DNA of 64,000 bases, taken from Eledone cirrhosa. Taxonomy: Eukaryota. The stretch's first letter is position 1; each line of letters begins with the position of its first letter. The notes under the pieces were generated by a model. The model was given only the letters and a program-made list of their open reading frames with translations. It did no database searches and was not told the DNA's origin. The stretch is from contig OZ024741.1 of the NCBI GenBank assembly GCA_964016885.1, positions 378,944,001 to 379,008,000 on the forward strand, in the 5' to 3' direction. Of the stretch, positions 27,352 through 41,092 are shown in pieces. The position numbers and the translations under genes were made by a program.

Positions 27352-28743
27352 GCGAAAATGAATTGTCTTCAAATCCTTGATATGAGGGAGAAAATTTAAG
27401 GATGTTCACTCATTAGAGTTCTGTCCCCCATATGAAGATTAAGCAGCCAAATCACGCTGACTGCTATCATCCTCAGTTAGGGTCATAAAACTCTTAAGTC
27501 TCTATCTCTAAACACCTGTAAAAGACGCTGGACGTGTCTAATCTCAATATCAAATCTTTAGAATTACAGTCGGTCACAGTTAGTGTGAGTTCACACACAC
27601 TCACACATACTGACGCGAGGTCGAAGAAAGAATATATAATACCAACATATTATTCACTGAAAGTTAGTTTAAACACGGTACCCGGCCGGTTTTTTAGACA
27701 CGGAGTTCCCACAGTTATGACTGGTCACAATCCTAACAATTGAACACTACACTAGGTTTTGATCCATGATCATCTAACCATGTAGTGCTTATGGTTACTA
27801 ATTGGACAATATTAATTATACACCATAAATGGGCCTACACACATCCTCGGAGTTTTGCTATTCTTTTTTATTTTATTTTCTGTTATTTTATTTCTGTGTT
27901 GGGTACACCTATCTTAAAAGCCCAAGGGCCCATATGACGGGAAAACGCACATACCTTAACTCAAATACCCAACCCTAAACAGACCTCCTTGGTGGCCTAT
28001 ATGGCGGTAGCTTGCACGCACAGATTTGGGGACTGAGATTCTCAGTGGGACAATGGCACATACAGAGTTCGGTATGAGCTGACTACTTGCTCTTCACATG
28101 GATGTGTATATACAAAAACATACACTTTTTTAGACGATATGGATGTGTATATACCAAAACATACACTATTTACAATTCAATCGATACACGTATAGCAGAA
28201 CATTAAACTGAATTTACTTGCGTGTGTATAGGGTTGTGGTTGACAAACTTTCTCCAATTTACAACGTCAAATTGAGGTTTGACCAATATAAAATGTGTTG
28301 TTTTGTAAACTAACTTTCGGTGAATACTATGTTGGTATATATATATGTTTTTCTTCGATCTCGCGTCGGTATGTGTGAGTGTGTGTGTACTCACTCACAC
28401 TAACTGTGACCTACTGTAATTCTAAAGATTTGATGTTGAGATTAGACCCGTCCAGCGTTTTTAAAGCTATGAGAGATAGAGACTTGATAGTGTTATGGCC
28501 CTAACTGATGACGATAGCAGTCGGCGTGTTTTGGCTGCTTAATCTTTATATGGGGGACACAACTCTAGTGAGTGAACATCGTTAATGTTTCTCCTTCATA
28601 TCAAGGATTTGAAGACAATTCATTTTCACCTGACGAGATCAGTGATAATCGATCATGGCCGCACGATCAATATATCTCTCATTGAAACATGTGTCGTGAT
28701 TAAAATGATTGTAAATTTATACCATGCGTTCGGATCTTTATTT

Positions 28744-28746
<3 letters not shown>
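27352..28746 (+). mobile_element. Fold-back PLE relic: inverted arm 27352-27673, decayed ORF end, direct arm 28304-28746 with HHR, then (TA)n
   Basis: ~320-bp inverted repeat; spacer contains TRIAEH and VDKLSPIYN (GIY-YIG-like relics). Confidence 0.75.
28621..28707 (+). ncRNA. Type I hammerhead ribozyme, GUC site (cut after 28695)
   Basis: cattttcac-CTGACGA-(long helix II)-GAAA-catgt-GTC-gtga(tt)aaaatg. Confidence 0.8.
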
Positions 28747-28801
<55 letters not shown>

Positions 28802-29549
28802 CGTTTGATCTGTTTAGCTTGATTCGTTGTCTAGCCTTCGATGGCCACCGATTTCGGTGACCGCCGATTTCGGTTTATTTGAGCTCTATAAACTATGTTT
28901 ATTGCTCTGGTCTTCTGTAGACCATTGAGCGCTTGCCGCATATCAAACGGTGCGTCACGCTTTTGACCAATGCCGAAATTCTATGTCGCTGAGATTTTAT
29001 TTGTATATATATATATATATATACGCACGTGTATATTATTTTAAATCCTTGTTTCGCGATTACCTCCCCTTTCCGCATCAAGACATTGTGAGACTCCTCA
29101 TTCTGAGACTGCTGGAATTTCAAATTTAGCGGTCATTCTGATACGGAGAGAGACAACCGCTGACATGGAATTAAAACATCGGTAAGAACATTTTTTTATA
29201 TCGATGTTTGACGGGCATCCACTGATGATTTATAAGTGCCCACCTGCATATATTCCTACGGAATCTTGTGAAGGCTTCTACATGACCCGGACACATTCTC
29301 TCAACTTGTAGAAAACTTATAATGAAACAATTCTTTGGAAAAAGAGGTATATTTTAAGTATGTCTCATATAAAATAATACTACTGGTCTTCCGCAAAATA
29401 CATATAGTTAGCACCCCAAACGTAGAATTGGGATTATACTAAGGTATATCCTAATGTTTGTTGAGTGAGATGGAAGCCAGTCAGAGTATAGCTTAAGGCT
29501 TTCTCTGTTAATGTATTGTATATATATATATATAAAGAGAGAGCGAGCG

Positions 29550-29621
<72 letters not shown>

Positions 29622-29629
<8 letters not shown>

Positions 29630-29828
29630 CAGACCCTCCATCTGAATTCTACTTTTAAAAATCAGAAGAACTGCGAAACCGGTAATGGAACCAAATAAAT
29701 ATATATATTTGTTTTAAAAATAAGACTCCAGTTGCATTTTCGATTTCATCTTTTTTTCTTCATACTTTCACTCGTGTAGGACACATCCGTCATTTTTCAT
29801 TTTGTTAAATAATCCTCACTTTCTAATA

Positions 29829-29832
<4 letters not shown>
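29622..29832 (+). repeat. Family C pLTR-like repeat, solo copy with mutated HHR core
   Basis: Homologous to 30677-30872 (-), 31230-31360, 39620-39828 and 57957-58250. Confidence 0.8.
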
Positions 29833-29904
<72 letters not shown>

Positions 29905-30093
29905 TAGTTCTTTCATTACTTTGGTATTGTGTGTTAGATTTTGCCTACCGCAATGTTTAATTTGTCGAGCTATGTAAACGTATGTTATTACTCTAAGCAC
30001 CTAACTTGTCGAATACTTTGCCAACTCATTCATATAATAGGTCGAATTTGCTAGTACAATGCCAAAGATTCGATTTTACTAAGCTTCCAATTG

Positions 30094-30177
<84 letters not shown>

Positions 30178-30501
30178 TCTATATATATCTAGGCATTGTA
30201 ACTTGGAGCTACTGCAGGTTCACCCGGGTGAGCACTCGATGTTTAGGTCAGTGGCGAGTGGCGAAACGCGCGTCACCTACCAATAAATGTAATGAACGAG
30301 AAATCAATCGTCCTTGTTATCCTTTCAATATATATATATATAAATATATATTTATATATATATATATAAATATATATTTCTTTCTTTCTCTCTTTCTATT
30401 TACAACTGTCCACAATACTTTTTACTGCCAAATCAACCTCCCAAATGCAAGGTGATTGAAAGGTATGTCGTATCTATTTATTTATAAGACTGTTTATATT
30501 G

Positions 30502-30567
30502 TATTTTGTCTGAAGAAGGCATAACATATTGTTAATATGATATCCCTGAAATATATATAACGAAATA
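30502..30567 (+). ncRNA. Type I hammerhead ribozyme, AUA site (cut after 30559)
   Basis: tattttgt-CTGAAGA-agg..catatt gtt aatatg..cct-GAAA-tatat-ATA-acgaaata; 8-bp helix I; same family as the 51.1-51.6 kb hairpin. Confidence 0.8.
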
Positions 30568-30676
30568 AATATGGTTTTATAAATATAGTTTCCATTTATT
30601 TAATATTATAAATATATATATATTATTTTTAATTTTGTAAAAAAACCTCACTTTCTTATATATATATATATATATA

Positions 30677-31355
30677 ATAGAAAGTGAAGTTTTTTCAGAA
30701 AAAGAAAAATAACCGAGGTGTCCTACACGAGTAAAGTATAAGGGAAAAAAGATGAAATCGAAAATGCAACTATAGTCTTTTTCTGTTTAAATATATATTC
30801 ATTTGGTTCCTTTACCTATTTCGCAGTTCTTCTGCCTTTCAAAAGTAGAATTGAGATGGAGGGTCTGTGGATGTTTTCAGAACTGGTTGGTCTTTGAATG
30901 TTACTTCTGTTTTATATAGAAATCATTTCTGGACATCTTTATCTTTAAAAAAGACACAAACATTGAAACTGACATACACTACAAAATAAAAACCTTCGTG
31001 AGCCACTTTTTTAAGTAAAAAGAAATTCAGACACAAACTGGCGCGAAAGCTAATGTGCTTATTCACGTGGCTGTCTCAACCAACGAGACTTCAATCTTAT
31101 ATGAAAAAAACAACCTGACCCCCTCCCCCTTTCGCCTTGTTTGAAGAACTTTGTAACGCGAACTCGCCCGAAATTTATTATACTTATTCACCACCCAAAT
31201 TACTTCTCTAAAAACCTGCCATTTTGAGCCACCACAGACACTATATCCCAATTCTACTTTTGAAAAGCAGAAGAACTACGAAACCGGTAAAGGAACTAAA
31301 TGAATAAATATTTAAAAAAAAAGACACTAGTTGCATTTTCGATTTCATCTTTTTC

Positions 31356-31360
<5 letters not shown>
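30677..31360. mobile_element. Family C fold-back element between two (TA)n tracts
   Basis: Inverted arm 30677-30872 versus direct arm 31230-31360; both carry the UUGAAAA-type HHR with single substitutions. Confidence 0.75.
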
Positions 31361-31407
<47 letters not shown>

Positions 31408-32386
31408 ATGATTTGACGGAGGCAGCATATTTATCAATGCCATTACCGGTTGTGTCTGAGCGTACTCCATGGGCAATGTGAGATATATTCCCAGTGTATA
31501 CACATAGTTATTTGCTTCAACACAACACACGTAAAACGGGTGCCTATAATGGTTCTCGGACTGGAGATTCTGCCGTACTAATGCAGCAGTAAGGTGCACT
31601 GCACCATATGCGTCTGCATATATTATGCAACAATGCACAATCGGCTTATGAAGCTTCATCAGCGGGTATCACCTAATCAATAACCAATCGATCCGAACAT
31701 TAGCCCATGCCGGTCATGACTGTTTGTGACTACTGACACGGTAAAGCGATTAGCAACTGGCACCCGATAAAATTCTATCTCTCAACTAGCCACAGATTTA
31801 CAAATTTTACGTGGCGGTGGGAAGCTGAAAGAATCAATCTTTTCGTTCCCGTCAAAAGCGCTCGGCCAACGTGTCTCACACACAAATTAAGAGGTGAAAA
31901 GATGGCTATTAGAAATAGCAGTTCACATTGAGGTATAATAGAATGGTAGCATTCGGCTCATGTCTCCAAGCCCGATGGCTAGAGGAAAGCGATGGTAACA
32001 ATGGTAGTGCCAATAAACTTTAACGTTCTTTAAATGCGATTATCCATTATAGAGCAATATAGTAGCGAGCTGAAATGTGTCAGCCGCGTGCGTAGATATA
32101 TATATATAAATCAATTCAGCGAGAATCCTATTTCGACCAAAATAGAAATAAGCAAAACTTAATTTCCGATGTGTGTGGCAAGCGCTCCATGAACCAAAAG
32201 AGACCAGAGCAATAAACATATGTTATAAAGGACATACAGACTGAGACGGCGGATAAGAAGCTATCAAACACCTAAGCCAAAAAATACGAAGCAAGCTAAA
32301 CGGGGCAAACAAAATATAAAAGAAAAATGTATATATATATATATATATAGTGACGAAACATAAGTCAAATGTATGAACTCATACTC

Positions 32387-32479
<93 letters not shown>

Positions 32480-32676
32480 TACCAATATATATATATATTG
32501 GTAAACGGAAGAGATAATGCTGACAAATTGTTCACAGTTGAAAAATGGTTTAATTAGGAATAAAAGAGTTTTTAAGTTTTTACCGGTTGCGCATTTCTAA
32601 ATGCTTTTCAAAAATAATTTTGAGATAGAGTGTCCGTGCTGTTTGCTCTGATCTGATATATATCTGATATATATAT

Positions 32677-32727
<51 letters not shown>

Positions 32728-32754
32728 CTGACAGAAGGGGGGGGCATAAAGAGA

Positions 32755-32872
32755 AGGCACGTGGTTGAATGGTTAGAGAATTGGATTCGCAATCGTGAGG
32801 TTGTGAGTTCGAATCCCGGACCGGATGATGCATCACGTCATTGAGCAAGACATTTTCTTTCACGTTGCTCTT
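32755..32872 (+). mobile_element. tRNA-derived CORE-type SINE (OR-like), 3'-truncated
   Basis: A box tggttgaatgg, B box gttcgaatccc, CORE-like ttgagcaagacattttctttcacgttgctc. Confidence 0.75.
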
Positions 32873-35093
32873 TTTATCTGGATTTGCGACTGATAGATAC
32901 TATTAGAAATAGGAAGGACCAATGGAAACATTGTTACCTCGGTCGGATTGACGAAAGTCAATCGAATGTCAATATATATAGTTTGCGTCATTTTTTGTTC
33001 AACTGATCCATTTGTCATTTTTAAATAAGTACATATTGTGTATGTTTTCTAATTTCCGGTATACTGCTGTCCATCATATTCAAACCTTAAAGTCGATATA
33101 TGTCTCATCTCATGATATATTGAAACAACTACATAGTATTACATTGTTTTATAAGCATTAAAACAGCACGACAATTTTCATATTTGGGAATGCTATTTTA
33201 GGTATGTGTTCTTAATGTATATTACATTAATGTTTCTGTTTATTGTTGTTACTTGTTGTTGTTCTTTTAACTTAATGTAATATTTCTATCTATAGTGTTT
33301 ATTTGGAATTGTTCTTTTCATTCGTGTACTTTCATTTGTGTGTGATGCATTGGCAATGAATCTAAATAGTCTGTTTTCTTTTTTGACAAATGTACATACT
33401 TTATAGGTATTGTTCTCATGTATTTATTAATATGTTTGCTTGAAATGTTCTACTTTTAAGGATATTAGCTCTTTTCTGAAAACCGATTGTTCTACACCAT
33501 ATCTTGTTTTGCATTTGAAATTACATTCCTTGACATTAACAATATTGTATTATGTTCTTTCTTCTGAAACTAGAAATAAGATTTGCATTACATTTTTTGT
33601 GATAATCTATTACATGCAACCATTGTTTACATTCATCCTGGCTGAAGAATATAACTGAAACGATCAGCATAATGCGCATAACGTTCATTCGATAATTAAA
33701 CAATAAATGTTTATGTTAGAGAGCTGTCATATTAGAAGTTTAACATTATTGAATAAATGTCCCTAAACGAATGCATATTATGATCGTTATTCAGATTATT
33801 TTAATTGGATTGAACTTACTGATTGATACATAGATCTTTGTTAAACAGGATTATTTTGTAGAAAGGATTATTGGTTAAATTATATTCTGATGAGGAGACA
33901 ATCATCTCGGAGACGCAGGTTATTGTTATCTTTTGGTTTTCTATGTAAAGTGGACCACTTTTGTTTCGCAAATAATGCCATGATCTATAAAGTTTGGTGA
34001 TATTAAATTTATATTAAATTGTCTTTGATATGAACACATATATGTAACTAGAAACACCACCAATTGCTGTAAAGACTTTTAGACCAAACTAAACACATCC
34101 ACGTTATCTATATAACTGTATTCACTTCATTCACAAAATCTAACCCGCTCACCGAAGAATTAAATCATACATGTCTTTCTAACGAATATCCCAGCCCCCC
34201 GACAAAGCAATCATCAAGCTGCACTAATGAGAGTTATAATAATGGCGAAGGTTTTCATGTGCATTCGTCGTATAATCGAGGGCTACTGCAACACCGAATC
34301 GAAATTGCCCGATATTTCCCACACATATTGACGTAACAAGTACAAACATTGGGAACTTCCAGCAACGTAGTACCCTTACAAACCTGACCCGGTATACATT
34401 GACACAACGATATTAGACGCTCATCTGCCAGAACCCGATCTGAGCCAATCTAACCAAAGTTATGCGATCTCCTAACACTTTAATTGGAGCCGAAAGGCAC
34501 TTTACCAACCGACGAAAACAAGAAGGAAAGAAACGAAATCATTTGCCCACCTATTAAATAACCGAGGAAATACCACGATAAACTGACAGTACTTAATATT
34601 GAGCAGCTGTGCATGAACAGGATGAGGAGAAATTAATTATATCAGGCAGATGAATGTATATTATTCAAGAGGCAACAACAGGGAATCACACTTAAATTAT
34701 AACAGTGGACAGACAAATCAACGGAAATTGCAAATAATAATAATAATATAATAGTTTACATCAAATGAAATAGTAAGGTTTCCTAACATTACTTATCCAA
34801 TTCTAAAATTATTTAAGAAATATTGAAAGTTGTAAAATAAATAGTTTGATATCAACTTACATGCGTAGAATCCAGTTTGCAAATATACGAAATGTGTTCA
34901 AGTGAACGTAATCACACCAACCAGAGATATAGCGAAAGCGGGGCCGTTAACTCACTGAGATTCTGAACATGACATCAACGCACTTGCTTTCTCAGTCCTG
35001 ACCCTCATAATATATGCCCCTTAATGGCAATGCTACAAAAACAAATCTATATTAACATTTTTCCATCAAACCATTCTGTACACCATATTTATG

Positions 35094-35137
<44 letters not shown>

Positions 35138-35250
35138 TTCGAGGTTGTTGATATGAAATCGCGTGTCGAAACAAATATTGTTGTACATGGGGAGGGTCAT
35201 ATTTGTGTTAGTAATTCTGACAATATTATTACACAGAAATGACCCTCCCC

Positions 35251-35286
<36 letters not shown>

Positions 35287-35623
35287 CAATTAAGTTAAAG
35301 TGTACATCTACATATGTATACGGAAGTATTAGTATGCATATAAATACACACATGTATACATATGTACATGTACTCAGCTTTTCACTAGACACTTTACAGT
35401 GAGTGTCAGCTAGTCTGTATGTAACCACACAGGCGGACCGGGTTTTAGAGTCATACGAGTTTTCAAGGAAACACATTTCCTCTATTCTCCAGAGGGCCAG
35501 ACAGGAATATTGGACTAGTTTCGATGTTATTACATCTCATCAGCAATATTTACCCATCTTCCGGCTTCTCTGGAGAATTGTAAAAGCACATATCGTTATA
35601 TGCCCTTTCTATGAAAATTAGTA

Positions 35624-37365
35624 GTGGGTAGACTAATTTCTCGATATCAATATAGTTATAAGAACACCCCCACACCCCCACTAGAGAGCACTAACAAGTT
35701 TGATTTAGAACGTAGCACGATGGAAAGCATCCAGCAGATAGCTAATTCCATACACCAGAGTATAACTGTAACTATAGACTTCCCTTCCAAACACCCTAAC
35801 AATAGACTACCTGTATTAGACACAGAACTCTGGATTAACACTATAGACGAGAGAGCCCAAATTCTCCACTCACACTATGCTAAACCCATGGCCTCCAAAT
35901 ACCTGATACTCAAAAACTCAGCAATGTCCAGTAGTGCTAAGTTTAATATTCTGATCGTAGATTTGGTACGAGTGATGAAGAATGTGTCCAGCATGTGCGA
36001 CCCAACAGAAATGGAAGGACACATCCAACACTTCATCAACCGCATGCAGTTCTCTGGCTACAACCAAAGAGACAGAGTCAGAGTATACGAAGGAGCCATG
36101 GAAAAGTATAAGACCCTCATAGAACTGGACATGAAAGGAATTTGCCCACTATACAGGAGCAAATCATGGAATAGCTTAGATAGGGCTAGACATAAGATAG
36201 GGAAGGCCACATCATGGTACGACAACCAGAGATATCAGAGTGTCATGTTTGTGGACGCCACCCCTGGAGGGAAATTAGCTAACCAGTGTAGAAAGGCCCT
36301 GAGAAAGACCCACTTAAAAATAAAAGTGGTAGAAAAGCCAGGAACCACCATAAAATCCCTGATCAGCAAAACCTACACTTTTAAGAAAACCCACTGTACC
36401 AATAGGAAATGTATCATATGTAAGGTGAACCCCTGGATAAACTGTAAAACTAGAAACGTAGTCTATAGCATAAGATGTACAGAGGGTACTTGCAGAAACA
36501 TGACAACAACATACATAGGTGAGACAGCTCGTAGCATAGGTGAAAGGATAGACCAACACTGGGGGGAACTAAAAGGACGAAAAAACGGGTCAGTACTATA
36601 CGAACATGCTAGACAACAACATGACGGTAACATAGACAACATAGAAATTAGAATAATATCTAAACATAGGAATGACCCAGCAGATAGGCAAATCAGAGAG
36701 GCCAGTGAAATAGAAATTAGAAGACCAAAGCTAAACAGAAAGAATGAGTGGAACAACAACAACACCCAAACAAACAACACTGACCTAAGAGAAGTATAAA
36801 TAAGTAAATAAAATTAAATAAAATAAGATAAAGAAATACATACACAAGCACATAAACACACACTAGTCACCCAGCAGACACAACACTATACACACTAGTC
36901 ACACATCACACATAACACTATACACACACGCAAACGCATGCGCAAAGAAGACAAAATAAAATAAGATAAACAAACAAGCAAATAAATAAATAAATATATA
37001 GACAGACTGAACAAAAAAATGGCGTAGACATACAACACAACAGGAAGAACAATGAATATAACACCACTGACGATGTTGCAGATGTGCAACGAAAGATTTA
37101 TGTAAATTATGTAAACTATATATATGTGTTTGTGTCTATATTGTATCTGTATTATTTTTGACCGCCGGTCAGTCAATGGCAACATTGAGGACCGAGTAAG
37201 TTAGATCGCAGATAATATATATAAAAGACAGTGAGAAGCGAAAACCAACCAGTGAGTGTGTTCTGTTATTAATTCTGGCAATATTACGCAAATATGACCC
37301 TCCCCAAATATAACAATATCTGTTTCGACACACGATTTCATATAAAAAACCTCGCAAAACTAATT
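35624..37365 (+). mobile_element. 5'-truncated Penelope-like element (RT thumb + GIY-YIG), 3' UTR with HHR, ending at (TA)n
   Basis: Open 391-aa frame: LPVLD, HYAKPMAS, SGY, CIIC..CKTRNVVYSIRC..C..TYIGETARSIGERIDQH..RE..PKLN. Confidence 0.92.
37061..37105 (+). ncRNA. Minimal type I HHR motif, helix I partly decayed
   Basis: CTGACGA-t.gttgca gatg tgcaac-GAAA-gat-TTA; 6-bp helix II. Confidence 0.65.
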
Positions 37366-37371
37366 CATCGC

Positions 37372-37421
<50 letters not shown>

Positions 37422-37480
37422 TATATATATATACATATGTATATATACATACATATAACATATGTATATATATATATATA

Positions 37481-39536
37481 TAACGAGGGAGTTGTGGTAA
37501 GGAACCATATGGACCATAACGCACCAGAGTACTCAATACTTAGGGTAGTAGAGTGGGTGATAGGAAAAGGTATGAACCTGACGGCAGAGCTCAAACCGTT
37601 TCGACGGCTACTTCAGGACTCAATTAGAATTTTTAGCCTGGTAAATAAATAGACGAACTTATCAAGGGGAACTTCCTTATATGGGAAGATTGTAGTTGTC
37701 AAGAGGATTGGTCAAATTGTGTTGTAAAGACAAGTAGATCTGTCATGGTATTTGGTGGAAGGTAGGGGAGGCTTAAATGCCGGTAGAACAACGAAGGAGT
37801 GAGTAAAGTCAGTCAGGCGTTGAAGGTGAAATATATATAACAGATTCTAAGGAGAGTGTATGAAAGAATGTTCTGGGGAAAAAGGAGGAGGGGAGTATAA
37901 AAAAAAGGTAAGTCGAAGACAAAGAAAATAAATAAAATTATATATATATAAAACAGTATATATTGAGAAATGAAAGAAACAAATACAGTCGAGTCTAGAA
38001 ACAGGTGCTATAATTATTAGGTGTTGCTAGTACGGCAAATCTATAAGAAAGTTTAATAAGTGGAGAGCGTAAAATACTAAATAAGAGAATGTAGAAGAGG
38101 TTCGTGAAAAATATAATGTACACTTTTCAAGGGGTCTAGCACATCTGCTATAAATAGTTAGTAAAGCGAATTCAGCCAATGTTACCTTACCACTACAGGT
38201 TAATAAGTAGAGAGAAGAAACTAATAAATAAGAAATATTGAAATTGTAGAAATGGAGTTGTAATACAAAAAAAGAAGAAATTACAGGGGTCTCACACCTC
38301 TGCTATAAATAGTTAGTGAAGCTTAATCGGCCAATTCGGGGCCACTGTCCAGAGCTAATCCTTACGCGGCAGGTCACCCTCCGTGAAACGTATGTTCGGA
38401 GGAAACATTACAAAGCTGTTTTCGAAGGACCAACTCCTAAACAAGAAAGACGTACTGGTAATCGCATGCAAACACAGATTGCGTAGGATCTACCTCGCCC
38501 TCAAACCCCATAACGACCCGGGTGGATAGACAAGGGCTGATAGCCCCCACTTGCCAAATAAGTAAGGGGAAACACCTGCTTATATAGGTAGAAGTACCTC
38601 TTTTCTTTTCCTCTACGTTTCCTTCTTCCCCCCGTCTCATTCTATCACTTCCTTCCACCCCTGATATTCTTCCTCGTCTGTCGTTCCCCTTTCCCATACC
38701 CCGATGCAGCCCATCGATCCTCTGTAGCCTCAGTACCCCATCCCTGCAATTTTAAGACAGAATTAGGCCGATTACGTTTTACTAACTATTTATAGCAGAC
38801 GTGTTAGATCCCTGTAATTTCTTCTTTTTTTTTTTGTTACTATTCCATTTCTACAATTTCAAAATTTCTCATTTAATAGTTTGTTCTCTCTACTTATTAA
38901 CCTGTAATTGTAAGATAACATCGGCTGATTACGCTTTACTAACTATTTATAGCAGCTGCGTTAGACCCCCTGAAAAGTTTACATTATATTTTTCACGACC
39001 CACTTCTACATTCTCTTATTTAGTATTTTACACCCTCTACTTATTAAACTTTCTTATGGATTTGCCGTACTAGCAACAACTACTAATTATAGCAGCTGTT
39101 TCTAGACTACTCTATTTGTTTTTTTTTTATTTCTCACTATATAATTTTTTATATATATATATTTTTATTTATTTTCATTGTATTCGACTTGCCCATTCTT
39201 TATACTCCCCTTCTCCTTTTCCCCAGAACATTCTTTCATACACTATCCTTAGAATCTGTTGTATATATTTCACTTTCAACGCCTAACTGGCTTTACTCAC
39301 TCCTCCTTTGTTCTACCGGCAAGTTCAGCCACCCCCAACTCCCACCAAATGCCATGACAGATCTACTTGTCTTTACAACAAAATTTGACCAATCCTCTTG
39401 ACAACTACAATCTTCCCATATAAGGATGTACCCCTTGATAAGTTGGGCTAATTATTTACCAGGCTAAAAATTCTAATTTAGTCCTGAAATAGCCGTCGAA
39501 ACGGCTTGAGCTCTGCCGTCAGGGTCATACCTTTTC

Positions 39537-39540
<4 letters not shown>
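37481..39540 (+). mobile_element. Family D fold-back PLE relic: inverted arm 37481-38335, GIY-YIG C-terminus 38335-38500, direct arm 38760-39540
   Basis: ~800-bp inverted repeat between (TA)n tracts; spacer translates LSRANPYAAGHPP*NVCSEE..LLNKKDVLVIACKHR, matching the C-terminal pattern of the 55559 ORF. Confidence 0.85.
39430..39525 (+). ncRNA. Type I HHR, U3-A8 core variant, GUC site at 39518-39520; inverted copy at 37575-37670
   Basis: acccc-TTGATAA-(ggcta..caggctaaa/tttagtcctg..tagcc)-GAAA-cggc ttgagctct gcc-GTC-agggt; the 40905-41015 copies read GTCggggt, restoring helix I. Confidence 0.7.
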
Positions 39541-39621
<81 letters not shown>

Positions 39622-39649
39622 GCGAAAAACCACAAACACTCCATCTCAA

Positions 39650-39693
39650 TTCTACTTTTGAAAAGCAGAAGAACTGCGAAACCGGTAGAGGAC
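39650..39693 (+). ncRNA. Minimal type I HHR, U3-A8 core variant (family C), GUA site
   Basis: ctt-TTGAAAA-gcag aagaa ctgc-GAAA-ccg-GTA-gag; palindromic helix III ACCGGT. Confidence 0.75.
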
Positions 39694-39840
39694 CCAAATA
39701 AATATATATTTTTATAAAAAAAATAACCCATTTGCATTTTCGATTCCATCTTTTATCCTTATACTTTCACTCGTGTAGGACACCTCAGTTTTTTTTTTCC
39801 ATTTTCTAAATAAATCTCACTTTGTAATATATATATATAT

Positions 39841-40306
39841 AGGAAAAACTCTGACCCCGACGACAGAGCTCAAGCCGTTTCGACAGCTATTTCTGGACTC
39901 AGAAAAGGCTTGAGCTCTGCCGTCGGTGTCATACTTTTTCCTATTTTCCACTCTACTACCCTAAGTATTGAGACCTCTGGTGCGTTATGGTCCATCTGGT
40001 TCCTTACCACAATTCCTCTGTTATATATATATATTGATATAATGCCGATTAATATCATGCTTAAGGTGAGTTTTCTCTTCTTGCCTCTTGCTGTACCCCC
40101 AGCTTTCATTATTTCTCTCTCATTGCTCCCTTTATTTGCCCCTCTCCCTCCCACGGTTACCTTATTCCGTTCCCTCTCTACCTTCTACAGGCCAGCTCTA
40201 CTTACGACGCCATTATTCTTCCTTTTCTCACGACGCTTAGAGATTGATTGGATGCATTCCATCTCTCTCTCTCTATATATATATATCTCTCTCTCTATCT
40301 CTCTCT

Positions 40307-40338
<32 letters not shown>

Positions 40339-40857
40339 ATCTCTGTCTCTCTCTCTCTCTCTCTCTCTCCAGCCTATCCCCACACAACCATTATATGAAG
40401 AAAGATATTTATTTCTCAGTTACGAACCTCCTATACTTCGCAGTAATCTCATTAATTCGTAGAAACTGCACAAGGTTGAGATTTGAAGGGCAGTTTTTAA
40501 TATTTATGACCTGTTCTCTTGCATACATTCTATTTGCTCCTATTTATCTTCTCTTCTTTCCTTCCGGTCAACTCACATCGAGCCACTGATCTCTACTCTT
40601 CGTGGTGATTTGACGGTATTTTGCTGTTTTAACAGCTTCCATACGCTGATTTTCTCCATTTTCCTCAGAACATATATATAACGAAGGAAGTGTCGTAAGG
40701 AACCAGCCGCACCAGAGAACTCAATACTTAGGGTAGTAGAGTGGGTAATAGGAAAATGCATAACCCAGGCGGTAGAGCTGAAGCCGTTTCGACGGCTATT
40801 TCTGGACCAGAAATAACCGTCGAGACGGTTTGAGCTCTGCCGTTGGGTTAAACATAG

Positions 40858-40906
<49 letters not shown>

Positions 40907-41092
40907 AACAAGTAAGACCCCGACGGCTGAGCTCAAGCCGTTTCGACGGTTAATTCTGACAGAATTAGCCGTCGAAACGGCTTGAGCTCAGCAGTCGGGG
41001 TCTTACTTGTTCCTATTACCCACTCTACTACCCTAAGTATTGAGTACTTTGGTGCGTTATGGTCCACCTGGTTCCTTACCACATTTCCTTCG

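Larger units (their letters stand above)
28799..32325. mobile_element. Decayed element with ~150-bp imperfect terminal inverted repeats, TA-flanked, carrying nested insertions
   Basis: tttcgtttgatctgtttagcttgattcgt...tatgtttattgctctggtc (28799-28945) is the reverse complement of 32165-32325; a third end copy lies at ~27005-27148. Confidence 0.55.

Noticed and set aside
32755-32825. tRNA gene
   Set aside because: No proper acceptor stem; continues into a CORE-like SINE body
34050-34720. Possible highly decayed PLE thumb/GIY-YIG (ELNH..LSNEYP)
   Set aside because: Too degenerate to support without a profile search
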